Part shown: piece by piece, positions 54,364 through 64,000 of the stretch
Numbering within the stretch: the stretch's first letter is position 1
Layout: each line of letters starts with the position of its first letter
Origin: an uncultured Methanomicrobiales archaeon
GTDB taxonomy: Archaea > Halobacteriota > Methanomicrobia > Methanomicrobiales > Methanospirillaceae
Assembly (NCBI GenBank): GCA_963758915.1
Contig: CAVWXH010000002.1
Coordinates: forward strand, 96,001-160,000
DNA length: 64,000 nucleotides
Direction of reading: 5' to 3'
Made by a program: the position numbers and the translations under genes
The notes under the pieces: model-generated
What the model saw: only the letters and a program-made list of their open reading frames with translations
What the model was told of the DNA's origin: nothing
Database searches by the model: none

Positions 54364-55160
54364 TTATCCTGGCAGGCCTCCTGCCCTGGTGCCACGCATC
54401 TGGCCTGTATGCGACGCCCTGAACTCTTCGAGCCATGTTTTCAGTGCTGCAATGTCCCCGTTAGCGATAGCGGTCTTAGCAGCAGAAACATCAACTCCCT
54501 GATGTTCAAGTCTGTCAATGATTTTTTCCGGGTCCGGCCGTTCCTGGTTGCCTGTCTGGCTGCGTGGATTGGCGTCCCTGTATGCCTCGAGCCATGTTTT
54601 CAGTGCTGCTGTGTCCCCGTTAGCGATAGCGGTCTTAGCAGCAGAAACATCAACTCCCTGATGTTCAAGTCTGTCAATGATTTTTTCCGGGTCCGGCCGT
54701 TCCTGGTTGCCTGTCTGGTTGCGTGGATTGGCGTCCCTGTATGCCTCGAGCCATGTTTTCAGTGCTGCTGTGTCCCCGTTAGCGATAGCGGTCTTTAGCA
54801 GCAGAAACATCAACTCCCTGATGTTCAAGTCTGTCAATGATTTTTTCCGGGTCCGGCCGTTCCTGGTTGCCTGTCTGGTTGCGTGGATTGGCGTCCCTGT
54901 ATGCCTCGAGCCATGTTTTCAGTGCTGCTGTGTCCCCGTTAGCGATAGCGGTCTTTAGCAGCAGAAACATCAACTCCCTGTTGTTCAAGTTTATCGATTA
55001 ATCCTGCTGGCGTTCCATGGCCCTGTCCCGGGGCAGATTCATTTCTGACGGCCTTTCCAAAGATATGCGGGGTTACAACTGCTGCACCGGCCATTCCTAC
55101 GACCAGCGCAACAACCACGCAGATTCCAAGAGCCCCGATAAATAATCCTGGTGTTTTCAT
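54364..55160 (-). CDS. Secreted protein with four 53-aa helical repeats (frameshifted)
   Basis: MKTPGLFIG signal peptide; repeat GVDVSAAKTAIANGDTAALKTWLEAY; extra T in two repeat copies breaks the frame. Confidence 0.75.
54429..54990. repeat. Near-identical 159/160-bp tandem repeat, ~3.5 copies
   Basis: CGAGCCATGTTTTCAG at 54429, 54588, 54747 and 54907. Confidence 0.92.
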
Positions 55161-55403
55161 GCTCTCTCTCCTGTATTGTTTCGGTGCTGGTGCAGTACCC
55201 TGCACCCACCTAGTATAGAATAATATACATTATGTAATAAATACATTGCTATTACATGTGTATAACATACTATATGTAAGATATAATCGATAAGTTCAAC
55301 CATTGGATAACAATTACCCGCCTGATACGTAACGGGTGGTATGGGCGTACCATCAGCCAGGGACTATGGCCTGATTACCTGATGAAACGGGAAAAAAGTC
55401 TGT

Positions 55404-55622
55404 TTATATGACCTTACCGGGGATTTCTTCGTCCTCGTATATGAATACCTCCTCGATAGAAACCCCGAAGTGCCGGGCAATCCGGAAGGCGAGGTCAAGA
55501 GAAGGTACGTACTTTCCTTTCTCAATGGCCAGGATCGTCTGCCTGTTGACGCCGATTACCTGTGCAAGGTTCTCCTGGGTGAGATCGTGCATTGCCCGGA
55601 ACACCTTGATTTTATTCCTCAT
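55404..55622 (-). CDS. XRE-family HTH transcriptional regulator
   Basis: MRNKIKVFRAMHDLTQENLAQVIGVNRQTILAIEKGKYVPSL. Confidence 0.92.
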   Translation of the reverse strand: MRNKIKVFRAMHDLTQENLAQVIGVNRQTILAIEKGKYVPSLDLAFRIARHFGVSIEEVFIYEDEEIPGKVI

Positions 55623-56067
55623 CGGTCTCCCAGTCCCCGTAAATACCGGCATAATAGATCCTGAACCCGACGTACAGGAAGATCATCAGGCAGAGAAGGC
55701 CGAGCTGGACAAACCCGATCAACCGTGGTGAAAGCAGTTCCGGATATATTGGCGGAGGTTCAAGGCGAAAACCCCTCGGAAATGCGGGGGGCCTGAGTAA
55801 CTGCATTACTGCCCCGATAGAAAATGCACAAAAGACGACCCAGAAGACCTGCATCGTCCGCAGCACTGCCTGCTCAGTAATCTTTACATCCCGTTCGTCC
55901 TCTGCGAGGTCGGTCACCTGGCGACGGATCAGGTAGATTGCAGCAACTGCCACGATGAAAGCTACCTCGATCAGGAGGGGTGTATGGATCACATCAGAAT
56001 ACCAGAACAGTCCGACCAGCGCAATGGCGATACACCCGATGATGAGGTAAAATGTATTCTTCTTCAA
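55612..56067 (-). CDS. DUF2178 family membrane protein
   Basis: EDERDVKITEQA motif between TM helices; overlaps the XRE gene; GGAG RBS with TTG start. Confidence 0.82.
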   Translation of the reverse strand: MKKNTFYLIIGCIAIALVGLFWYSDVIHTPLLIEVAFIVAVAAIYLIRRQVTDLAEDERDVKITEQAVLRTMQVFWVVFCAFSIGAVMQLLRPPAFPRGFRLEPPPIYPELLSPRLIGFVQLGLLCLMIFLYVGFRIYYAGIYGDWETDEE

Positions 56068-56214
56068 TCTCTCCCTCTGTTAACGGAATTATACATCTGG
56101 TATATTGAATGTGACTATATGTACCTACCCCGGGGACAGGAATCCCCATCGGGAAAAATGTGTGTCCAGTTCAGTTGTAAAAAAAAATGGTAAATACTTC
56201 AATTCATCCCGCTA

Positions 56215-56724
56215 TCATGGGTTTATCGCCCTGAACGGGACTATTTCATCATATGTCTTGACCTTCCCAACCGTCGGAGCGGTCACCCAGATCTCCACCC
56301 TGTTCTGGTAGGTACTGGACGGGAATGACACGTATTGCCCGACATAGAACGGAGGCAGCATAAAGTCCTGCTGCGATGTCCCATCCGGCTTCGTGAAGGT
56401 CACATCCACGCGGGAATCGAAGTTCATGCCGTTTCCACCCCGGAGCGTCACTACCATGTAGGGGTTGACAGTATCCCCGTTACCCTGTACCATGAAATCG
56501 AGCATGTAATTCGGCGGAAGCGTCTGTGTTGGCCCCGGAGTACCCATTCCTGCCATTGGAGTGGTTGCTGCCGGTGCTGTTGCTGGGGGGGTGACCGGCG
56601 TTGTGACCGGACTTGCAACCGGGGTCTGTGTTACTGCCGGAGGTGTCGCATTCTGGGTACATCCTGCGGTTAATACGAACGCAACAGCGAGTACCAGGCT
56701 TATTACGAGGATCGAAGATTTCAT
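56215..56724 (-). CDS. Lipoprotein, paralog A
   Basis: LTAGC lipobox, Thr/Pro linker, beta-rich C-terminal domain; 169 aa. Confidence 0.82.
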   Translation of the reverse strand: MKSSILVISLVLAVAFVLTAGCTQNATPPAVTQTPVASPVTTPVTPPATAPAATTPMAGMGTPGPTQTLPPNYMLDFMVQGNGDTVNPYMVVTLRGGNGMNFDSRVDVTFTKPDGTSQQDFMLPPFYVGQYVSFPSSTYQNRVEIWVTAPTVGKVKTYDEIVPFRAINP

Positions 56725-56842
56725 GGATGAACATCAGCCAAAATAGTGTATAATCCTATCGTACCATTGACCATGGATAAACCCGTCTCATTAATCAGTG
56801 GTGCGAAAAAAAGGAATGGTAATTTTTCCTGAAATCCTTTTC

Positions 56843-57352
56843 TTACGGGTTTATCGATTTGAACCCTACAATATCGTCATATGTTTTGACCTTCCCAACC
56901 GTCGGAGCGGTCACCCAGATCTCCACCCTGTTCTGGTAGGTGCTGGACGGGAATGTTACCTGCTGCCCGACATAAAACGGCGGTAGCATATAGTTCTGCT
57001 GCGATGTGCCATCCGGCTTTGTGAAGGTCACATCAACACGTGAATCGAGGTTCATACCGTTTCCACCCCGGAGCGTCACTGCCATGTAGGGGTTAGATGT
57101 ATCCCCGTTACCCTGCACCATGAAGTCGAGCATGTAGTCAACCGGGAGCATTTGTGTTGGTCCCGGGGTCCCCATCCCGATCTGCTGAACCGTTGCTACG
57201 GGTGCCGCTGTCTGGGGGGCGGCCGTTGTTGCGATCGGGGCAGCGGTTGGTGTAGCGGTTACCACCGGTGGCGTTGCATTCTGGGTACACCCTGCTGTTA
57301 ATACGAACGCAACAGCGAGTACCAGGCTTATTACCAGGATTGAAATTTTCAT
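56843..57352 (-). CDS. Lipoprotein, paralog B
   Basis: Highly similar to 56215-56724; start MKISILV at 57352; 169 aa. Confidence 0.82.
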   Translation of the reverse strand: MKISILVISLVLAVAFVLTAGCTQNATPPVVTATPTAAPIATTAAPQTAAPVATVQQIGMGTPGPTQMLPVDYMLDFMVQGNGDTSNPYMAVTLRGGNGMNLDSRVDVTFTKPDGTSQQNYMLPPFYVGQQVTFPSSTYQNRVEIWVTAPTVGKVKTYDDIVGFKSINP

Positions 57353-57531
57353 ACCTGAATATCGGATAATATACCGTATAATCCTATCGTACACAACAAT
57401 TTACCGGGTAATAAAATCCGGCCTCATGGCGTCCCAATACCTGATTAACTGTTAATTTCCTGATGAATTTCGGGGCCCCATGATTCCCTGTCCCATTAAT
57501 TCCGGCAACCGAATACACACGTTCATCACCC

Positions 57532-58218
57532 ATGAATTCCAGAATAAGGATTATGTGCGTGTTCGACGATTCTTCCGGAAGGGTACTCGATGAGATCATA
57601 AACGCCCGACGGACGTACCGGATGTTCCGGCCGGATATCCCCCCGGCAGTTCATATCGGCGGGATCATCCAGGCTGGCCTTGCTGCGCCCTTTGCAGCCG
57701 CAGCGGTTGGTGGAAAGGGTCATGAGTATTTCAGGCAGTTCTTTGTCTTTCCCCGTGAAAGCCGCGACCTTGTGATCGCCGGGGGCCTCCTGATGCAGAA
57801 AGTCCACAAAGTGGCAGAAGAGCTTGAAATGGAGATGAAACAGAACCCGTCAATAAGGCCGAAGATTGAACCATTTCACCGTCGTCTTGAGATGATCCGG
57901 AAGGCAGGGGTTGTACCAGGTGTAGAGACCGCCCCGTATTACATTGTGGTCGCTGAACGCAAAGGGTACCCCCCCGTTGAGCAGCAGTCGCTCGCCCACT
58001 GCCTGGAAAACATGTGGCTCAAGGCGACCTCCTTAAACCTCGGGTTCCAGCTGGTGTCAGTGACCGGGCAGATGGGACCAGATCCCGAGTTCTGCCGGCT
58101 CCTGGGTATCCCACCTGATGTCTTCGAACTGAACGGGTGTGCAGTCGGGTATTACCAGGAGCAGTTGCCCCCGTCCATCCGTCCCCCTGCAGACCTTGTG
58201 ACAAAATGGATGGAATGA
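57532..58218 (+). CDS. Nitroreductase family protein
   Basis: IINARRTYRMF, AGLAAP and ENMWLKATSLNLG motifs. Confidence 0.88.
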   Translation: MNSRIRIMCVFDDSSGRVLDEIINARRTYRMFRPDIPPAVHIGGIIQAGLAAPFAAAAVGGKGHEYFRQFFVFPRESRDLVIAGGLLMQKVHKVAEELEMEMKQNPSIRPKIEPFHRRLEMIRKAGVVPGVETAPYYIVVAERKGYPPVEQQSLAHCLENMWLKATSLNLGFQLVSVTGQMGPDPEFCRLLGIPPDVFELNGCAVGYYQEQLPPSIRPPADLVTKWME

Positions 58219-58312
58219 ACCGGAATTCCTATATCGCGGCCAATAGCCTGGAATACCAGGGATCAGTGAGGTACGTTCATAACTTGAAAAAATTTAAGAT
58301 ATCCCGTTAATT

Positions 58313-58690
58313 CTATTTCTTTTCCGGTGTTTCCGGTTTCGGAGGAGCCGCTCCCGTTGCGGTCTTCTTTGTCTGGCGCCAGCGGTACACTCCGTATCCG
58401 GCAGCCCGATAACTATAGGCAGGGTAAAATTCTATTTCTTTTCCGGTGTTTCCGGTTTCGGAGGAGCCGCTCCCGTTGCGGTCTTCTTTGTCTGGCGCCA
58501 GCGGTACACTCCGTATCCGGCAGCCCCGATAATTATCAGCGGCAGCAGGGTGAAAGAAAAATATAAAATATTAGGAAAGAATATTATTTATTATAGTTGT
58601 AGTAGGTAAGTTTATTTTGACTGGCGCCAGCGGTACTACTCCGTATCCGGCAGCCCCGATAATTATCAGCGGCAGCAGGGTGAACAAAAC
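58313..58690. repeat. Scrambled triplication of the 3' end of the DUF4349 gene
   Basis: CTGGCGCCAGCGGTAC...CCGTATCCGGCAGCCC occurs three times, separated by AT-rich filler. Confidence 0.8.
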
Positions 58691-59506
58691 AACGATCAGG
58701 AAATCGATCATCCCTACAAGGCCGGAAATACCTTCATTGATGGTACGGATAAAACTGTGTCCTGGCTGCCCACCGACGGGCTCTTTCTCTGCCAGGTTCA
58801 CCGTTATCGTCGAGAGGTCTATCCGGTTATTCAGGTACCGCATCCTGCCTTCGAGCCGGTCGAGACTGGTCCGGACACGGTCAATCTGCTCCTGGACCTT
58901 TATGATATCTTCTACCTTTTCACTCTTTTTCATTATTTCGTTATATTGTGCGATCTGGTTCTGGTAGGAGGCCTTCTGTGCCAGGAGGTCGGTATATTCG
59001 GCCGTTACATCTTCACCGTTCGTTGTGGCCGACCTGACATTTCCGATTTCTTTAGCACTGGCGAACACGCTTTCGAATTCCTTTGCAGGGACCCGGAGCA
59101 CGACCGTTGCGGTCCGGTGGTCGTTGTAGAGAGTGCTGAAGGTTGAGGATGCTACATAACCTCCTCTTCCTGCTGCAATGGCTTTTAAACTGTCAACAGA
59201 AGCAGGTACATCGGGGACTTCAAGACTTAACTGTCCAGTATAGATGAGTTTCTGGTCAATCGCTCCACCCTGGCCTGCGGTGTCCGTGCTTGTGGAGGCA
59301 ACAGGTGCCTGGGTAGGTACAGGGCGATAACTCCCCTGCCCGATACCAGATTCGAAATTTGTCCCACCTGTCACGTCATTTGGGGCAGAAGCAGTGGACT
59401 TCTGCCCGCTCCCATCCGTTAACGTTGTGCAACCTGCCGATAGTATGGCGATAGCCACGACCAGCAGAGCAAGAGTCACGTAGGTACCTCGGTTCATAAA
59501 GAACAT
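58571..59506 (-). CDS. DUF4349 domain lipoprotein
   Basis: LSAGC lipobox, LRVPA..F, EDVTAEYTDL and IDLSTITVNL motifs; true C-terminus probably YRWRQTKK...PEKK as in the duplicated copy ending at 58431. Confidence 0.85.
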   Translation of the reverse strand: MFFMNRGTYVTLALLVVAIAILSAGCTTLTDGSGQKSTASAPNDVTGGTNFESGIGQGSYRPVPTQAPVASTSTDTAGQGGAIDQKLIYTGQLSLEVPDVPASVDSLKAIAAGRGGYVASSTFSTLYNDHRTATVVLRVPAKEFESVFASAKEIGNVRSATTNGEDVTAEYTDLLAQKASYQNQIAQYNEIMKKSEKVEDIIKVQEQIDRVRTSLDRLEGRMRYLNNRIDLSTITVNLAEKEPVGGQPGHSFIRTINEGISGLVGMIDFLIVVLFTLLPLIIIGAAGYGVVPLAPVKINLPTTTIINNILS

Positions 59507-59939
59507 GATAACCGGGTGAATACTTATAGCAACGTATGAATGTGAAATATTTCGCAGTCAAAAACCGCTGCCACTCAAAATAACCCGGATTATCTCTTTT
59601 TTTTGGAAAAAAGAATATTAATGTGATGTTGTGGCTGGTACCGGCTTCATCCTGGTTTCCGGTCAATCCTGTTCAAGTATGTTTCAACAAGGCTGATTTT
59701 TTTTTCAGAATTTACCGGGAATGGCCGATAGTTGTTCATCCACTGGTGTACTGTTTCTTTCTCCTGAGTCTGGCGGTTATCCTTGGTTCTGTATTCATGC
59801 GAAATGGCCTGAACTGCTGGAACAACCCTGAAATCTGTGAGGCTGTCCCGAATTCCGGTTTTTCCTGTCCAACAGGTTAGACACGTATCAACATCGAAAT
59901 ATCTATTGCAGTGGATTATGCAACAATAAACGTTACAAC

Positions 59940-61064
59940 ATGATTCAGGTTCTCTACGTGGATGACGAGCCAGGTCTTCTCGAAATCGGAAAATTATTCC
60001 TGGAAATGGAGAAGGATATCAGGGTAGAGACAATTAATTCAGCCACGCAGGGGCTGGACCAGCTTGACCTTATGAATTATGACGTTATCGTTTCAGATTT
60101 CCAGATGCCGCACATGGACGGAATAGAATTTTTAAAACAGGTCCGTGCTGTAAAAGGTGACATCCCGTTTATCCTTTTCACCGGCAGGGGTAGAGAGGAA
60201 GTGGTGATCGAGGCGATTAATAGCGGTGCCGATTTCTATCTCCAGAAGGGAGGGCAACCGAAGGCCCAGTTCGCCGAGCTTGCCCACAAGATCCGCCAGC
60301 TTGTCAGGAGGACCAGCGTTGAAGGGATGCTCCAGCAGAACGAGACCTGGTTCCAGACGATTATCCGGCATTCTGACGAGATTATAACCCTCCTCAACAG
60401 GGATGGCGTGATTATCTATGCGTCCCCCCCAATCCAGCCGATGCTCGGGTACAAGGCGATGAGCATGACCGGAAAAAAACAGATGGACCTTGTCCATCCG
60501 GATGATGGTACCGCCGTAAGCAATGAATTTTCCAGGGCATTTGAAAAGGACCATCCCCGGACTCCCGTGCGGTACCGCATCAGGAAATCTGATGACTCTT
60601 ATATGCAGGTGGAATCGGTTATCACCAGCCTCCTCGATGTCCCGGAAATCCAGGGGGCGATGATAACGACAAGGGATATTACCGTGTGGAAAGAAGCTGA
60701 ACAAGCATTGCAGACTGACCTTGCCCGTTACCATCGTGCCGAGCGCCTGGTCCGGTCGGGGTACTGGGAACAAAAAACCGTGGACCATACCGTTACCCTG
60801 TCTGAAGGTGCAATGGCCCTGTTTGGTCTTCCGGTGAATGAGTGTTCACTGTCAGAATTCGAAAACCTCCCCCTTCCCGAATACCGTGAACAACTTGACC
60901 TGGCAAAACAGGCATTGATATCAGATGGTCAGCCATTTCTCATCGACTATAAAATCCGGAGGAAGGCCGATGGGACCGTCATAACAGTCCGTGCAGTTGC
61001 AGAATATGACCCGGAATCGCAGGTTATATTCTGTGCCGTCCACGAAGTTGCCGGTGTTTTGTAA
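59940..61064 (+). CDS. REC-PAS-PAS signalling protein without kinase output
   Basis: VDDEPGLL...SDFQMP REC domain, two PAS/PAC domains. Confidence 0.88.
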   Translation: MIQVLYVDDEPGLLEIGKLFLEMEKDIRVETINSATQGLDQLDLMNYDVIVSDFQMPHMDGIEFLKQVRAVKGDIPFILFTGRGREEVVIEAINSGADFYLQKGGQPKAQFAELAHKIRQLVRRTSVEGMLQQNETWFQTIIRHSDEIITLLNRDGVIIYASPPIQPMLGYKAMSMTGKKQMDLVHPDDGTAVSNEFSRAFEKDHPRTPVRYRIRKSDDSYMQVESVITSLLDVPEIQGAMITTRDITVWKEAEQALQTDLARYHRAERLVRSGYWEQKTVDHTVTLSEGAMALFGLPVNECSLSEFENLPLPEYREQLDLAKQALISDGQPFLIDYKIRRKADGTVITVRAVAEYDPESQVIFCAVHEVAGVL

Positions 61065-61223
61065 TACCAGGCCTGCATTGATGACCTGTTATGGACAAAA
61101 AAACTGGCAAATTGCCCCGGGCGGGATAAACAGGGTTAACAGGGTCAAAAGTCCGGAAGACCTGTTCTCTATCCTGTGATCCTGGTAATACATTACACGA
61201 CAGGCCGGATTGTGATAAAAACT

Positions 61224-61350
61224 GCTTTGTTAAAAACCCTTCGGTGTTATAACAATAAGAGGGAAATACGAAGAGAAGAGGGGGTGAAACGTCGTCCTGT
61301 ATATGCAGTTCTATTACTTTTTTTTATCCGCACAGGATATCTAAAGAGCC
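61224..61350 (+). mobile_element. MITE-like repeat, internally deleted copy
   Basis: GCTTTGTTAAAAACCCTTCGGTGTTATAACAATAAGAGGGAAATACGAAGA closely matches the start of the 37495 copy; ends AAGAGCC. Confidence 0.65.
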
Positions 61351-61415
61351 AGAATCAGGAAAAAAATACCTTTTATTCCACTTCGGGATTGTCATCATAA
61401 ACCGTGCCCGTCTGG

Positions 61416-62285
61416 TTATTTTATCAGGTCGCTCAGGTACTGCTTCAACCTTGGAACATTCTGTTCATAATGGACCTGCAATGAAGAAACTGTATACGGG
61501 ATGTAGTTCCAGGCGATGACACCGGCAGTCATCCCTTTGTGAAGGGGGCTTACAGTTGAACCGATGACGATGCTTTCCTTCGAGAGGATACCGTTAAGGA
61601 ACCCGTCCACGGTATCTGCCCTGACACATGTAACAACGCTGCCTACCGAGGGGAGCACATGAGCGTCGGAGCCCCCTGTTATCGGGAAATTGTGTTCTCC
61701 TGCATACCTTGCAGCTTTTTCATTGATGTCCCTGCTCATCCCCCCGCATATCACCTCGATACCATCAATGTGATCGATTGTCCCGGAGGGAAGGGTCTTA
61801 TTATCGATACATTTCAGGACACCACGGTTGATGCCAAAATACCCGAACGGGTGGGCAGCTACCTTCAGACAGTGGTAGTCCTCCGCGGATTCGAGGATTT
61901 TCTCTGTCGATAACTGCAGTGCCATGTACTGGCTTTTTCGGAGCGTTCCCCTGATGTGGGAGGTAAAATAATCCACCAGCTCGTCAGCAGAGTAAAAATA
62001 AAGGAGGATATGAGGCCCTTCGAGTGAACTGAGCTCAATTCCCGGGATGACGAGGACACCATGGGACTGCTGGCATGCCTCGATTACTCCCTGAATCTCG
62101 TTATGATCGGTAATTGCAACCCCTGTTCCGAGGTGTTTTGCACGGGTAAGGAGCGAAGGGATGCTGATAGCGGCATCAGAGTGACGGGTATGGATATGCA
62201 TATCCACCGGCATATACCCCTTGTCCCGGATCTCGTGGAGGACCGGGGTTGAAAAATGTATAGGGTGGTGGGAATACGGACTCAT
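61416..62285 (-). CDS. PHP domain metal-dependent phosphoesterase
   Basis: DMHIHTRHSD, ITDHN, GIELS, AHPF and GGSDAH motifs. Confidence 0.9.
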   Translation of the reverse strand: MSPYSHHPIHFSTPVLHEIRDKGYMPVDMHIHTRHSDAAISIPSLLTRAKHLGTGVAITDHNEIQGVIEACQQSHGVLVIPGIELSSLEGPHILLYFYSADELVDYFTSHIRGTLRKSQYMALQLSTEKILESAEDYHCLKVAAHPFGYFGINRGVLKCIDNKTLPSGTIDHIDGIEVICGGMSRDINEKAARYAGEHNFPITGGSDAHVLPSVGSVVTCVRADTVDGFLNGILSKESIVIGSTVSPLHKGMTAGVIAWNYIPYTVSSLQVHYEQNVPRLKQYLSDLIK

Positions 62286-62580
62286 GACGACACCAGTGTA
62301 CTATAATTAGTTGTTACCCGCCAGATGAAAATAGCTGGTATTAAGCAAATAATTGGGGAATTTATGGCTGTTTTCAATATAATTTCCCTGGATAGTCCGG
62401 GTCTTCCATGGCACAAAAGATCTCATACTGTTATGTGGTACCTGGTTTAATATTTCCTTTCATTAATGAGGTATATTTCGTGAAAACTCCACGTTTTCGG
62501 GAGGAAGGTATCGGGATTTCCCCTTCTGGTACCACGCGGGCTCTTTTCTGCTGATTGAAATAGCGAAAAAAATCGGTGTA

Positions 62581-63153
62581 TCAGGGAATGGGTTTCTTCT
62601 GTCTGATTATTTGAATTGAAACAAGTGCGGCGTCCCTGGCTTTTAAATCAGGGTCGTTTGTAAGGCTTTGAAGGGCTGGCAGGGCGCGTGGGTCCCCGAT
62701 CTGTCCGAGAGCCCTTGCCGAAATCTCACGCACATCATGTTTCTTATCGGTGAGGAGCCCGATGATCGGTTCAACCGCTGATGAGGCACGCAATTTTCCC
62801 AATGCTTCAGCGGCATTCTTCCGGAGCCATTTCTCATCTGAACCGAGCACAGCAATAAGAGGCCCCACTGCGCGTGGGTCCCCGATTTTCCCGAGTGACT
62901 CCGCGGCAAGCCAGCTGATCGTCGGGTCACCCAGAGCCTCGATGAGCGCGGGGACGGCTTCCGGGTTGCCGATTTCCCCAAGATAATCGGATGCTTTTTC
63001 GCGATCAAGCTGGTACGGGCTCTTTAAAAGGTAAATAAGCACCGTAACATCCTTACTGTGCTTCGATTTCATTTCAGCCTCGATCTGTTCTAACTGGTAC
63101 GGGGTTTCCGCATGCCCCGCATGTGCGTCCTGCTCGTCCGGAATCTCTGTCAT
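62581..63153 (-). CDS. HEAT (PBS lyase-like) repeat protein
   Basis: Repeated AA.ALG.IGDPRAV..LI..L units. Confidence 0.9.
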   Translation of the reverse strand: MTEIPDEQDAHAGHAETPYQLEQIEAEMKSKHSKDVTVLIYLLKSPYQLDREKASDYLGEIGNPEAVPALIEALGDPTISWLAAESLGKIGDPRAVGPLIAVLGSDEKWLRKNAAEALGKLRASSAVEPIIGLLTDKKHDVREISARALGQIGDPRALPALQSLTNDPDLKARDAALVSIQIIRQKKPIP

Positions 63154-63798
63154 TCGTTTCCTCTACAGTGAAAATGGTTCCCGTGGTTCCCGTATATGAC
63201 AATTCCTGTCGGTGAATATCAATTCTTGCATGGGTGAATACCGGTTGCACCAGCATCCGACCGTTACCTTGTCAGGCTGGTGACTGGTCCCGTGACTACG
63301 GATACGGGGTTCCAGTAGCAATGACGCGCATGAGAATGGGTCCCGCCACTGGAGATTGGAGGCAATGAATATCAATTATTACCCGCCGGATTTCAAAATA
63401 AGGAGTTACTGGAGTCACTTGTTCACCTGCATTTAGGGATTGTGGTTAGGGAGAATTCCCCAAAACCGGCATGCCGGGCATTTCATCCTGCCCCGGAGAT
63501 AGAAATTTGGGAAGGTTATTTCGCTGTTCACCAGTTGAATTTTCGAAATAACGCTGAAAAGAGGATTTAATAATCTTTTTATACCCCTTTATTTCCACTG
63601 GAGCGCACGATTTTCCGGAGGTATTTCACAGGGGTGTGATAATCCTTCCCGGTATATGCCGGATTTTTTGAGTAGCATATGGCTGACAATTGAATACCCG
63701 GGACATTTCCTTATTACCATACCCTTCAAGGAACTGCCCCTGCACTTCTTCTCGTTTCATTTATCTCCGATCCGGAAGAGAACACCTGAGTGATAATC

Positions 63799-64000
63799 AT
63801 GAGAATATTATGCGTATACTATTCATGGAAAGGCCACACTGCAAAGGTTGCGGAGCGGCTTGCGGATTTGCTCCATGTAGAGCCGGTACGGATTGAACCT
63901 GCCGTTGAATCAGGGATGTTCAGTAAAGCAATGAAAGCCCTTCTTGGCTGGAGTTCCCCGATTAAACCGGTGAAAGAGGACCTCACGGATATCGATGTAC
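63799..64000 (+). CDS. Flavodoxin-like protein, 3' end outside the window
   Basis: Manual translation MRILCVYYSWKGHTAKVAERLADLL (FMN phosphate-binding loop). Confidence 0.8.
   Translation, partial: MRILCVYYSWKGHTAKVAERLADLLHVEPVRIEPAVESGMFSKAMKALLGWSSPIKPVKEDLTDIDV

Noticed and set aside
55375-55395. CTGATGA-GAAA hammerhead-like core
   Set aside because: No stem II between the core motifs and no supporting flanking helices.
58313-58690. Triplicated 3' end of the DUF4349 gene as a C-terminal switching cassette
   Set aside because: The copies encode the same tail, carry random indels and are separated by low-complexity AT filler. This fits an assembly artefact better than a diversification system.

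Overview
Chromosomal region of a methanogenic archaeon, most likely Methanomicrobiales (Methanoregulaceae-like). This is inferred from a partial methyl-CoM reductase component A2 gene (atwA), DUF2124/DUF169/DUF134 genes, typical REC-PAS-histidine kinases and PEGA/NosD surface proteins. About 55 CDS are supported. I saw no rRNA, tRNA, CRISPR array, integrase or transposase. Highlights: (1) a tightly packed operon of a heterodimeric ABC transporter, PPK2, carbamate kinase and arginine deiminase, lacking arcB/arcD; (2) a REC-like/PAS/PAS diadenylate cyclase; (3) a four-gene cassette of unknown function with holin-like members; (4) an RHH-coiled-coil protein with a Trp-rich tail; (5) a secreted metacaspase-PEGA protein; (6) a REC-PAS chemoreceptor; (7) a candidate DUF134 operator in front of atwA and DUF169; (8) a six-copy MITE-like family with IS903-like ends; (9) three microproteins missed by the ORF track. 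Several frameshifts and a scrambled duplication look like long-read consensus errors. Three of the frameshifts are single-base insertions into AGCT, which may be a DNA-methylation footprint. All family calls come from motif recognition, not database searches.
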